DNA from: Octopus sinensis
Taxonomy: Eukaryota
Assembly: GCF_006345805.1 (NCBI RefSeq)
Contig: NC_043021.1
Location: 16,864,001-16,928,000, forward strand
Reading direction: 5' to 3'
DNA length: 64,000 nucleotides
Position numbers and translations under genes: made by a program. The notes below the pieces were generated by a model, which saw nothing but the letters and a program-made list of their open reading frames with translations, did no database searches and was not told the origin of the DNA. Shown one piece after another: positions 36,265-50,260 of the stretch (positions within the stretch are counted from its first letter, which is position 1; each line of letters opens with the position of its first letter).

Positions 36265-36915
36265 TAACGCTGGGGGTGTACTACGGTGTCAGCTGTTCGC
36301 TACCAGTGGACTAAGGTAACACCTCTTACTTTTCAAGCATCTTCCGGAGTATTCGAGCAGTTCCAAGCAGTGCTGTTTTCTGCAAGTGCTCTACCCTTAT
36401 TGCAGCCCCTATTTGTTCCACATACTTCTTGAGATTTTTGCTCCCTGTTCCCAGGGCTCCAACAATATTTGGTACTACTGCTACCTTTTTCATTGACCAC
36501 AGCTGCTTAACCTCCCAAGCTAACCTGTCATATCTATCGACTTTTCTTTGTCAGCTGGGTATGCTAAATCTATGATCCAGCATCGTTTGCTTTTTTTCTC
36601 AATTAAGACTATGTCCGGCTTCCTATTCTCTATCTCATGGTCACACTGAATCATAAAATCCCATAGGATCTTTGCATTTCTATTTTTGATGGTGCCTTCA
36701 TGTTTGTGGTCGTACCAAATTTTTGCTCTGTCAAGTCCATACTTGTTGCAAAGTGTCCAATGGACAAGCCTGGCTATATTGTCGTGGCATCTCTTATATT
36801 CCTTCTGGGCTAGTGGCGTACATTAGCTGGTAAAATGCCATACGGTTTCACCGTTTTGTCCACAGATTCTGCACTTATCACTTTCTGATGTGTTGTCTAT
36901 TCTGTATTTTATGTA
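36265..36915 (-). mobile_element. degenerate R4/Dong-like LINE 3' fragment (third family)
   Basis: DKCRICGQNGETVWH..CTPLAQKEYKRCHDNIA..WD..ENRKPDIV..IIDLAYP..EKVDRYD..IVGALG..LQKTALLGTARILRKMLEK*, with a stop and a frameshift. Confidence 0.88.
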
Positions 36916-37269
36916 GTTTGTTCTTAGTGCTTGCTCTTGCTTATTATGATTATTGTTGTTGTTGTTTTGTTGTTGTTGTTGTTGTTGCTGCTGCTGCTAC
37001 TGCTGCTGCTGTTGTCGTTGTTATTGTTGTTGCTGTTGTTGTTTTTGTTGTTCTGAAATCTTTCACAGCCTTGGATTTTTATCTCATTCTGTTAATTTTT
37101 TTATACATACACATGCTGATATATGACATATGTTGGACTCCTCATTCGCATAATCTCCCAACCTGGATCTTAAATATAGTCTTTCCATAACACTTACTCA
37201 GCATTACCCAACAACTTTGGGTCTTCTTGACATCATTACCTCTCATAACCTCAATATATATATTTATAT

Positions 37270-37570
37270 ATATATGTGTGTGAAAAAAATACAAACTGGG
37301 ACAAGAACGCAAAACATTTAGAAGACGATACAAAAAACACGGACGGGACATTCGAAGCCTTCAATCTTCAGTCAAGAACTGGATCATCCTCACAATTTTG
37401 GCTGATTAATCTTGAGATTGCTCCAATCTGGCCAGCCCCAAGGAAAATCTAAGCTAAGTGCATTAGATTCCTTGGAAGAAAGCTTCGAATGTATACAAAA
37501 CAAAGACGGGAAAATGGACGATGTTACATGAATATGAATACAAAAATACGTAAAAACAATAATAATAATA
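37270..37570 (-). mobile_element. Penelope-like non-coding repeat (different family) with a non-canonical hammerhead-like motif
   Basis: Minus strand CTGAAGA-TTGAAGGCTTC-GAATGTC; microsatellite-embedded context. Confidence 0.45.
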
Positions 37571-37572
37571 CG

Positions 37573-37686
<114 letters not shown>

Positions 37687-38224
37687 ATATATATATGAAT
37701 TATAAGGAAAGGAAAAAATAGTAGTTGTAGACAATCTTTAATTCATAATCCAGGTTGGTACAGATCCAATAAAAATTCTACAAATTGTTTCGGAGCCTAA
37801 TTAATTCCAAAGACGAAAATGGAAAACTCTTCTTCTTCGTCAGGAATTACATATTAGTATGAATAATTACGCCCAACAAAAATATAAAACGACCTTTCAT
37901 AGGCCAGACGGGAACTAACAAATAATAATAGAATGAAAAATCACTAGAACACCAGACCATTCAAAACCAGAAAAATATATATTTAAAAAAAAACCACTCC
38001 AGCATTTTATTTACATTACAATTCACGATATGTAAATGTCTAGTAAAGTAAAGATAGATAAATTTAATAAGACAAAAATTAACTACAAAAATAATAGCGT
38101 TGTCTAATTAGAAATTAAGAAATTAAAAATTAATAACTACAAACTGACATATTATCCCATAAAAAGTAATAAATGTCCTAATTCAAAGTTAATATGATAA
38201 TCATCATCATCATATCATCATCAT

Positions 38225-38385
38225 CATCGTTTAACATCCGCTTTCCATGCTAACATGGGTTGGACGATTTGACTGAGGACTGGCAAACCAGATGGCTACA
38301 CCAGGCTCCAATCTTGATCTGGCAGAGTTTCTACAGCTGGATGCTCTTCCTAACGCCAACCACTCCGAGAGTGTAGAGGGGCTGT
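38225..38385 (-). mobile_element. RTE 3' UTR (family C)
   Basis: (CAT)n-CGTTTAACATCCGCTTTCCATGCTAACATGGGTTGGACG. Confidence 0.85.
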
Positions 38386-38946
38386 TCAAGAATTTGGACC
38401 TGGAGATCTCCATTTCCAGTGACTTCGAGGGCCACCTCCCAGTGGTGTCGGGCATCAACAAAGAGCCCTCGACTACAACAAGACGAACGAAGTTTTTTTT
38501 TTTCCAAGGTCTGGGGTCTCCTGCCCCTAAGCCCTAGACCATTACCTTAATCATCCTTACCTGTCTTGTTGCTTAACCACAACAAAATAGTGTAGTGGGT
38601 GCTTTTACATACCACCAGCATGGGGGCCAGTCAGGTGGTACTGGCAACAACCTCGCTCGAATGTTTTTTACATGCGCCACCAGCACAAATGCCAGTTGTG
38701 CCAGTAAATCAAACGGAAATAAAAATAAAAAGAAAAAGCAATTCTTTTGTTTACAAAAGAGCCCCCTACAAGTAAAACAGTAGAACAGAGAAAGAGAAAG
38801 AGTAAGATCAGTAAAATCTCTCTAAGAGATGAAAATAGCTAAACTGAGAAGAAATGTGTGTCACTACTTCAACATGGCTGTCCCATAGGAACGAACGTTA
38901 CCATCGTTTTTAGCCATATGGATGTGGTGATAAACATTACTTGTCA

Positions 38947-39657
38947 GTATAGTTACTACTTATTCCGCTGAGGTTAGCTTTGCCTTTCGTCCATTCAGGG
39001 TCGATAAATTAAGTACCAGTTGTGTACTGGGATTGATCTAATCGACTGCTCCTCCCTCCCCAAAAATTTCGGGTTTTGTGCCCAGAGTAGAAAAGAGTAT
39101 AGTTACTACTTGTTCTTCCACCAAGGTTGACTTTGCCTTTCATCCCTTCAGGGTCGATAAATTAAGTACCAGTTGTGTACTTGGGTTGATCTAATCAACT
39201 GGACCCTCTCCCCCAAAATTTTGAGTTTAGTGCCCAGAGTAGAAAAGAGTATAGTTACTACTTATTCCGCTGAGGTCGACTTTGCCTTTCATCCCTTCGG
39301 GATCAATAAATTAAGTACCAGTTGTGTACTGGGATCGATCTAATCGATTGCCCCCCCCTCCTAAAAAATTTCGGGTTTTGTGCCCAGAGTAGAAAAGAGT
39401 ATAGTTACTACTTGTTCTTCCACCAAGGTCGACTTTGCCTTTCATCCCTTCAGGGTCGATAAATTAAGTACCAGTTGTGTACTGGGGCCGATCTAATCGA
39501 CTGCCCCCCCCCTCCCCCAAAATTTCAGGTTTTGCGCCCAGAGAAGAAAAGAGTATAGTTACTACTTATTCCGCTGAGGTCGACTTTGCTTTTCTTCCCT
39601 TCAGGGTCGATAAATTAAGTACCAGTTGTGTACTGGGGTCGATCTATAGTTACTACT
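38947..39657 (+). repeat. tandem array of ~150-bp SINE-B 3' segments in A-B-A-B-A order
   Basis: GTATAGTTACTACT anchors at 38947, 39097, 39249, 39399, 39553 and ~39645. Variants TATTCCGCTGAGG and TGTTCTTCCACCAAGG alternate. Confidence 0.92.
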
Positions 39658-41104
39658 TTCATCTCTTCTAAAGATTTTCTAACAAGCTACTTTATCATAT
39701 ACTTACATTGGACTGATAATAACAGGCAGATGTGCTTCCTGCCGACACACCTTGGAACATAAGTCCTTTATACATCATATACCGGATGATGTGGCCTGTG
39801 CATCATAGTTAAAAAAAAAAATCCCACATCCTAAAAGCATTGTCCGCTGAATCACTCTCCACACTGCATGCCTTTAATACTCAGCCTTCCATCACTCCTC
39901 TGTCTATGGCACTACACTGCAGCTGCAATCACTGACCACCTACAGTCTCTCTCTTTCTCTCTCCCTCTCTCTCTCTCTCTCTCTGCCATACTTCATCTTA
40001 ACACCTCTTATATCTACTTTCATTCTCAGCCTCCGCTTCTCATATCCGCCATCACGCCCCCCACTCTCATGTCCTTTTACCCCCCCACTCCCACCTTCTG
40101 ATCCATCTCCTCTCTCTCTCGCTCTCTCTTTCCTGAGCCACTTCTATCGCTTTCACCCTACCCCATCCCCACCACACTTTCCATACTGAGTATTTCCCAT
40201 TAACAACACTCCCACTCTTAATCATCACTCGCTTCATTCACCCCTTCATTCCGTCTCTAACCATCTGTTACTCTCCCTTCACATCCTTATCAATCTCCCC
40301 ATCTTCTCCTTTCCCTTCCTCATCCACTGTCTGCCCCCGTCCTCATGCTCACCTTCTTGTAGCTTGAGGGTTTGCTCTGGTGCCCCATCGATGCCGTCTT
40401 TATATTCTTCCCACCTACTTCCACACACCTTTCATCTTTGCAAGGTTGATTAAAAAAAAAAGTACCTGTCGAGGACTACATCTGCTCGTGATTAGAGATG
40501 CACATATTGTCAGCCACCGAGGGACATGCTCAAGGGACCAGTGATGGCCAAACAACTGACAAGCAAATCTGTGATGATGGTGATGGTGATGGTGACAATG
40601 ATGGTGAATGTGACGGTGGTGTCGGTGTTCGGATTGTCCTTGCACAGGGGCCATCCAGACTCCCATTTGCGCCGTGAACAGGGATTAATCTTCTCTCTAC
40701 ACTTCTTTGCACCACATGGGCTTAACTCTCCTCCCCTCGCCTCGCTCCACTCACACCTACTTCCTCCCGCACACCTCTCCTCTCTTGCCCCGACTCCTAC
40801 TTCTATTCACACCGACACTCCTCACTTTTCTTCACACCTACCCATCTTATCCTTCTCCCTTCATCGTCACGCCTCCCTCGTAAGCCCACCCCACCCTTAC
40901 ACATTCATCCCCACCCCTACACATTCCACCTCACCTTCCCTATCCTTCAACATCACACCCCACTGCATCCCTTACACCCACTCCCACATCTCCCCACCTC
41001 TACCCCCCTCCGCCCCCCCTTCCCCTCATCGTGTGCATGTGTGTGTGTGTGTGAGAGTGTGTGTCCCTCACTATCGCTTATCAACTGGTGTTGATATGTT
41101 TAAG

Positions 41105-41270
41105 TACCTGTAGATCAGCATCATCATCATCATCATCATCATCGCTTAATGTCCGCTTTCCATGCTGGCATGAGTTGGAGGATTTGACTGCATCAGGCTC
41201 CAATCTGATCAGGCTCCAATCTGATCTGGCAGAGTTTCTACAGCTGGATGCCCTCCCTAACGCCAACCTC
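41105..41270 (-). mobile_element. RTE 3' UTR (family C)
   Basis: (CAT)n-CGCTTAATGTCCGCTTTCCATGCTGGCATG, with an internal duplication of CAGGCTCCAATCTGAT. Confidence 0.8.
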
Positions 41271-41419
41271 TTTCTCCCACTCTCCCTCTCTCATCTTTCT
41301 CTCTCTCACACACACACACACACACCATGTAAGCATTTCGATCTTCGGATCAATAACATAAAGTACCGGTTATAAATTGAGGGTTGATTTCTGTTCTTTA
41401 ATTCAAGTGGGAATTTTTA

Positions 41420-42627
41420 TAGAAAAAGGAGCAGGAGGAGGAGAGGAAGAAGAAGAAGGAGGAGAAGAAGAAGAAGAAGAAGAAGAAGAAGAAGAAGAAC
41501 AACAACAACAACAACAACAACAACAATAACAAGATGTTTATGATGATGATGATGATGATGAAGAAGAAAAATAGAATGGAGGAGGGGGAGGGGAATAAGA
41601 AGAAGAAAAGAAGAAGAATGAGGGGGAGTAGAAAGAAAGGAAGGAGGAGGAGGATAACTTCCTCCTTTCCTCTCATCAGTCTCTTCAAGACCCTATCAAA
41701 GGGTCGTGGATGGGGGTTGGGTGCAGCCCTTCCTTAATTCTGACTAAGCAATTGGAAAGAGATGGCCAAAAATATGGGGCTGCCATGCTTAGCACACCTC
41801 TCACAGACACACAGACACACAGACACACACACACAGACACACACACATAACAGCTGACTCAATTTGTAAGTGATGGACTACAAACGTTTCTTGGCATTAT
41901 GTTATACACACACCACACACATATTTATATATACACACTCATACACGACACCTACATCTATACACTCACATATATACACCAACACACATCCTTCTTGTCA
42001 TCATCACCATCATCGTTGTTGTTGTCGTCATCACCATCATCATTATCATCATCGTCATTGTCGTCGCCACCACCGTCGCTACCACCACTACCCTTATGAT
42101 CAACATTATCATCATCATCATCATCATCACCATCATCATCAGCCCCCCCCCCGCCCATCATCATCATAATTGCTTTACCTAGCAGCAGCACCACCACCAT
42201 CATCATCACCATCATCATCATCATCACCACCATTACCATCACCACCATAACCACCATCACCACCACCACCACAACCACCACCACCACCACCACCATCATC
42301 ATCACTGCTTTACCTAGCAGCAGCAGCACCACCACCAGCACCACCACTACCATTATGATCAACATTATCATCATCATCATCATCACCATCATCATCATCA
42401 CCTACCACCACTCCCCCACCACCATCATCATCACTGCTTTACCTAGCAGTAGCACCACCAGTACCACCACCATCTCTTGTATAAACTGCTTCCGTTTGTG
42501 ACTGACCATAAAGCATTACTCACAAAATGACCAACGTTACTAATTTCGTGCAGTCTTTCATTGTATTAGAGGCCATCGCAACAGATAGAACATATACACA
42601 GCATATAGACATCATGTATATACATAT

Positions 42628-42664
<37 letters not shown>

Positions 42665-42690
42665 CATACATATATTATATTATATATTAT

Positions 42691-42740
<50 letters not shown>

Positions 42741-43009
42741 ATATATATGTATATATATATATATGATATATATATATATATAATATATAATATATATATA
42801 TATAATATGTATATATATATATATATATGTATATGTAGATATATATATATATAATATATATTTATATATATATGTATATATATATATATGTATATATATA
42901 TATAATAATATATATATATATAGATATATATATATATATATAGTATATATTATATTAATATATATATATAATTATATATTTATATATATATATTTATATA
43001 TATATATGT

Positions 43010-43041
<32 letters not shown>

Positions 43042-43100
43042 ATATATATAATATATTATAATATGTATATATATATATATATACATTTATATATATATAT
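41420..43100. repeat. microsatellite cluster (GAA, CAA, ATC/ACC, long TA)
   Basis: Directly visible. TGCTTTACCTAGCAG recurs three times at ~42170-42450. Confidence 0.9.
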
Positions 43101-43204
43101 GCCGGTGGCACGTAAAAAGCACCATCTGATCGTTGTCAGCCTCACAGACTGACATACCTACATACACACATACACACACAAATACATACATACATACACA
43201 CAAT

Positions 43205-43247
<43 letters not shown>

Positions 43248-43625
43248 TATATATATGTGCCGGTGGTACATAAAAAGCACCATCTGAACGTGGCTGATGC
43301 CAGCGCCACCCTGACTGGCTTCTGTGCCGGTGGCACATAAAAAGCACCATCCGAACGTGGCACATAAAAAGCACCATCCGAACGGTGGCACGTTAAAAGC
43401 TCCAACCGATCGTGGCCGATGCCGGACCCCCTGGCACCTGTGCAGGTGGCACGTAAAAAGCACCCACTACACTCACGGAGTGGTTGGCGTTAGGAAGGGC
43501 ATCCAGCCATAGAAACACTGCCATATCAGACTGGGCCTGGTGCAGCCTTCTGGCTTCCCAGACCCCAGTTGAACCGTCCAACCCATGCTAGCATGGAAAG
43601 CGGACGCTAAATGATGATGATGATG

Positions 43626-43658
<33 letters not shown>

Positions 43659-43772
43659 TGTATGTATATAGTGTATATATATCTATATATATATATATAT
43701 ATACATATATAATATACATATATGCATATATATATATATACATATATATTTATGCATGTATATTGTATAATA

Positions 43773-43821
<49 letters not shown>

Positions 43822-44071
43822 ATATATGTATGTATATGTGTGTATATATTATTACGTATGTATTTGTCCCCCCAACATTGCTTGACAACTGATGGTGGTG
43901 TTTACGTCCCTGTAACTTATCGCTTCGGCAAAAGAGACCGATAGAATAAGTACTAGGCTTGCAAAGAATAAGCTCTGGGGTCAGTTTGTTCGACTAATGG
44001 CAGTGCTCCAGCATGGCTGCAGTCAAATGACACACAGACACACACAGACTGACATACCTACATACACACAT

Positions 44072-44116
<45 letters not shown>

Positions 44117-44429
44117 CCGGTGGCACATAAAAAGCACCATCCGAACGTGGCACATAAAAAGCACCATCCGAACGGTGGCACGTTAAAAGCTCCAACCGAT
44201 CGTGGCTGATGCCGGACCACCCTGGCACCTGTGCAGGTGGCACGTAAAAAGCACCCACTACACTCGCGGAGTGGTTGGCGTTAGGAAGGGCATCCAGCCA
44301 TAGAAACTCTGCCAGATCAGACTGGAGCCTGGTGCAGCCCCTGGCTTCCCAGACCCCGGTCGAACCATCCAACCCGTGCTAGCGCGGAAAACGGACGTTA
44401 AACGATGATGATGATGATGATGATGATAT

Positions 44430-44430
<1 letters not shown>
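43095..44430 (+). repeat. local duplication of an RTE 3' UTR plus flanking microsatellite, with a SINE-A 3' half between the copies
   Basis: CACAGACTGACATACCTACATACAC..(TA)n..GTGCCGGTGG..AAAAAGCACCATCCGAAC..(GAT)n at ~43143-43625 and ~44043-44430. Confidence 0.85.
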
Positions 44431-45899
<1,469 letters not shown>

Positions 45900-45900
<1 letters not shown>

Positions 45901-46200
45901 GGAGGCACATGGCCTAGTGGTTAAAGGGGCGGACTTGCGGTCAAGGGATCGCGGGTTCAAATCTCAGACCAGGCAATGTATGTGTTTATGATCAAAACAC
46001 CTAAGCTCCATGAAGCTCCGGCAGAAGATAATGGTGAGCTTCTGCTGACTCTTTTGCCACAACTTTCTCTCCCTCTTTCCTCCTGCATCTTGCAGCTCAC
46101 CTGTGACGGACCAGCATTCCTTCCAGATGGGGAACCTATACGCCAAGGAAACCGGGAAACCTGCCCTTATAAGCCAGGCATGACTCATGAAGGAACTAAC
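45900..46200 (+). mobile_element. OK-like SINE variant
   Basis: GGAGGCACATGGCCTAGTGGTTAA..GGGTTCAAATCTCAG..AAAACACCTAAGCTCCATGAAGCTCC. Confidence 0.8.
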
Positions 46201-47343
46201 AACAACAACAAAATATATACATACATATATGACGGTGGACTCTCCCGTCAATTTTGACATATGAGGATCCAACAACATACTCTTTCTTTGTCAGTCATAA
46301 TACTTATGTCGAATGTCGAATTTCGCCAATGTCAAATTTGCTTTTCATCCTTTCGGGATTGATAAATTTAGTACCAGTTATGTACTGAAGTCAGTCAAAT
46401 CGACTGGCCCCACCACCCTCACCAAAAGTTTTGGGCCTTGTGCCTAGAGTAGAATAGAAAAAAAAAAACATTATTTATTTATTTTCTTGTGCATGCCTGG
46501 GGGGGCTTGTGAGGGGTCAATGATGCCATGAAGAGGTCAATGGTCTAAAATATCTGGTGACCCCTGCTGTAAAACATCTCCACTGACTTGCCAACAATTC
46601 TGCCATTCTCCTGTCTTCAGAGTAACATGAAATGAAGTGTTTTGCTGTAAAATATTATGCGTCTCCCAGTCCAGGAATTGAAACCTCAACAGCCTAGCTA
46701 CTAAGTCACGCACCTCCACATGTATATATCAGCTTCAATCTCCATTCACCAAGAGCTTTAGTGTATAATGGATCTTTGGACTTCTAAAGAAATGGCTGTG
46801 TGTGGTGCTTGTGCACTCATTCACACCAAGTATGTATGTGTGTGTGTATGTGTGTGTGTATGTATGTGTGTATGTATGAATATATGTATGTATGTATGTA
46901 TGTGTGTGTGTATGTATGTATGTATGTATGTATTTATGCATGTATGTGTGTGTCTATGTGTATATATGTGTATGTATTATGTTTGTGTATGTATGTAATT
47001 ATGTGCGTGTGTATGTATATATGTTTGTATATATATGTGTATGTATAATTATGTGTGCGTATGTATATATGTTTGTATATATACGTGTATGTATGTATGT
47101 GTGTGCATGTGGGTGTTTGTGACAGTGTGTTTGTGTCTGTGCAAGTGTATGTGTGTGTGTGTGTTTTTCTTTGAGTTTTGTTTAAATTCTTCTTGAGAGA
47201 GTTCAAGTTGGTCGCTGACAAACTGACAAAACTTCTTGAGTGAAGAGGGTTTCCAGTGTTTGTAAATATGTGGTTGCGTTGGTGTGTTGGCTGAACTGTC
47301 AATGCACACGCTCAAAGGTGCACATCTATTCACCAAAAGAATT

Positions 47344-47870
47344 TCAGATGGAGAATCTTTGGAATGTCACACAAATCTTCACAATGCCACCAACAGATTG
47401 CTGCTCTTCTTTTGAAAAACCCAGTATTTCGAGGTTTTTACATAAATTTGTGGGTTCATAGCTTAACATACCTATGATAATTGGTACAAATGAAAATTTA
47501 TAATCAGAGTACAAGAGTTCTAATTTCTGCCTTAATTCACTATAAATGTTCTCCTTTGATTGTACATTCACATCTGCTGGGCAGCTGACCTCTACAACAG
47601 TGCATGACCTTGATTTCCTGTCCCACAGAACAATATCAGGTCTGTTATTTACATTATTTACATTTGGCAGATATTTGTCCTCATCTTGTTTGTTGTTAAC
47701 ACAACGTTTTAGCTGATATACCCTCCAGCCTTCATCAGGTGTCTTGGGGAAATTTCAAACCTGGGTTCTCATTCCTAAGGTATTTTTCATTATATTTTTT
47801 GAATATCAGGTCTGTTATGTTTTTTCCCTCAATTGCTCTCCTTATTGGAGTGTTCCACCAGTATTCCTTG
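47344..47870 (-). mobile_element. degenerate REL-endonuclease LINE 3' fragment (fourth family), interrupted by a 153-bp insertion
   Basis: KKHNRPDIVLWDRKSRSCTVVEVSCPAD..ENIY..FSFVPIIIGMLSY..KICVTFQRFSI* is restored when 47649-47801 and one TSD copy are removed. Confidence 0.82.
47649..47801 (-). mobile_element. 153-bp hammerhead-bearing insertion with a 17-bp TSD
   Basis: TSD AATATCAGGTCTGTTAT at 47632-47648 and 47802-47818. Minus strand GACAC-CTGATGA-AGGCTG..CAGCT-AAAACGTT-GTGTT. Confidence 0.8.
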
Positions 47871-47917
47871 GTTTTAAAGGTCTGAAAACAATCTGGTTCT
47901 GACATGTCTAGTTATGT

Positions 47918-48637
47918 TTAACTCTTTCATTACTGTATTTATTTTGAGATGCTCTGTGTTTCTTTCAATTACTTTAAATATAACAAAGAATTTAGTAAAA
48001 GAGCTTAGTTACCATTCAGCTAGTGTTAGGAACATAAATTGCAACTAAGGTTTGGTGGAAGATTTTAATTCAAAACTTATGGAAACAAGACATGTGTACT
48101 CAGAGCCAGAGCTGCTTTCAGCTGGCTTGGTATCGAAAGGGTTTCTCTATTATATATTTTAGCCCTTTTGTTACCATATTTCTGTTGGGATGCTCTGTGT
48201 TTCTTTCAATTAACTTTAAATATAACAAAGAATTTAGTAAAATAACTTAGTCGTCATTCAGCTGGTGTTAGGAACATGAATTGTGTCTAAGGTTTGGTGG
48301 AAGATTTTAATTCAAAACTTATGAAAACAAGACATTTGTACTCAGAGCCAGAGCCAGTTTCAGCCGGGTTGGTCACGAAGGGTTAAGAATTGTTTCTCTA
48401 TTATATATTTTAACCCTTTTCTTACCATATCTGTGTGAGATGCTTTGTGTTTCTTTCAATTAATTTTAAATATAACAAAGAATTTAGTAAAATAACTTAG
48501 TCGTCATTCAGCTAGTGTTAGGAACATAAATTGTGACTAAGGTTTGGTGGAAGATTTTAATTCAGAACTTATGAAAACAAGACATTTGTACTCAGAGCTA
48601 GAGCCAGTTTCAGTCGGGTTGGTAACAAAAGGGTTGA
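47918..48637 (-). mobile_element. three-unit tandem of a piggyBac-type MITE (inverted relative to 60655-63123)
   Basis: Units bounded by (T)TAA-CCCTTT..AAAGGG-TTAA-like ends. Same first unit, spacer and last unit as the large array. Confidence 0.88.
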
Positions 48638-48769
48638 TAAAAAAATATCTTATTTACCTAAAAATAAAGTGTTTTGAATGGCATAACAATACACTATAAT
48701 AACAATGATGGGCAATAATAATTGTTGTAATTTAATTATCCATAGTCTGATATAATATTTTGGAATATA

Positions 48770-49494
48770 AAAATTCCTTCTTCAGATATCCCTAGGAATT
48801 GATGGAGTCATTGCTATAATTGGTTTTTCAACGGTTAAGTTTTAACTTCATCGCTTTTGAAATAGTCACCTCGTGCAGCAAGACACCAGTCTCAGAGTTC
48901 CTGCCACTTTTGGAATCGGGCCTGGAAGTTGTTTTCCGTAAGCAAGTCGAGGACTTTCTCTGATTCCCTCATGATCTTGACAACGGTATTAAAACAGCGA
49001 GCTGGCAGAAACGTTAGCACGCCGGGCGAAATGCGTAGCCGTATTTCGTCTGTCGTTAACGTTCTGAGTTCAAATTCCGCCGAGGTCGACTTTGCCTTTC
49101 ATCCTTTCGGGGTCGATAAATTAAGTACCAGTTACGTACTGGGGTCGATGTAATCGACCTAATACCTATGTCTGTCCTTGTTTGTCCCCTCTGTCTTTAG
49201 CCCCTTGTGGGTAATAAAGAAATAGGTATTAAAACAGTAACCTTTGAGCTGGATTTTCATCTTGAGGAAGAGATGGAAGCCTGCAAGTACAAAACCTGGG
49301 GTATTGGGTGGGTGTAGAGGCAATACCATGTTGTTTTTTAGTGAGAAACTCACGAGTGACGAAAGCTCAGTGACAAGGTGCATTATCGTCATAAAGAATC
49401 CGATTCTTCATATTCCACAGATGCAGCTGCTTTCATCAAATGTCACCCCTCAAACACTTCAAAACCTTGTTGATTGACCTTGAATGGACCTCAT
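48770..49494 (-). mobile_element. internally deleted DD34D-type mariner, interrupted by SINE B
   Basis: RILYDDNAPCH..REFLTK..PLHPPNTPGFVLAGFHLFLKMKIQLKGYCFNT|VVKIMRESEKVLDLLTENNFQARFQKWQEL*DWCLAARGDYF. Putative 5' TIR GAGGTCCATTCAA at ~49480-49494. Confidence 0.85.
48998..49224 (+). mobile_element. young full-length SINE family B with a 13-bp TSD
   Basis: GGTATTAAAACAG at 48985-48997 and 49225-49237. Confidence 0.93.
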
Positions 49495-49634
49495 GCACAA
49501 AAGCTGATGAATTTGAACTTGGATCCATAGAATTACAAGGTGAGCTTCTTCGCCACAAAAAGTCTCAAACAGCACCCAGACCTCCTTCCCCCAAAACACA
49601 ATGCAAACTCACCTGATTCCAGACCAGCTGACAT

Positions 49635-50260
49635 ATCACCACCACCAACCCCATCACCAACACCACCACCACCACCACGACCGCCATCACCACCACTACC
49701 ACCATCACTATCATCGCCATCACCACAGCACCACCACTACCACCACCACCACCACCACCATCACCACCAAAACCACCACCACTACCACCATCACTATCAC
49801 TGCCATCACCTCTACCACCACCAAAACTATCACTACTACCATCACCACCACCACCACCATCACCCCTACCACCACCCCTACCACCACTACTACCACCACC
49901 ACCATTACCACCATTACCACTATCACTATCACCGCCATCACCACCATCAGCTCTATCACCACCATCACCACCACCACCACCACCACTACCATCACCACCA
50001 GCATCACCACCACCACCATCACCCCTACCACCACCAAAACCACCACTACTACCACCACCACCATTACCACCATTACCACTATCACTATCACCGCCATCAC
50101 CACCATCAGCTCTATCACCACCATCACCACCACCACCACCACCACCGCCTCCTCCTCAGCAATTACCTCCACCACAGTCACCAACCCCCACATTGCAACC
50201 ACCACCACCACCACCACCACCACCCCATCCCCACCCCAACCCCTCCTTCTCCTCCTCCTT
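49635..50260. repeat. (ACC/ATC)n tract with internal block duplication
   Basis: ATCACCCCTACCACC and ATCAGCTCTATCACC blocks each occur twice. Confidence 0.9.

Noticed and set aside
37780-37845. Minus-strand CTGACGA...GAAA as another hammerhead
   Set aside because: The intervening ~45 nt do not form a convincing stem II, and no stem I or cleavage triplet was found.
39870-41050. Strongly C/T-skewed stretch as a triplex or R-loop element
   Set aside because: The asymmetry is real but no mirror symmetry or defined ends were found. A similar tract at ~57420-57700 suggests ordinary low-complexity repeat.
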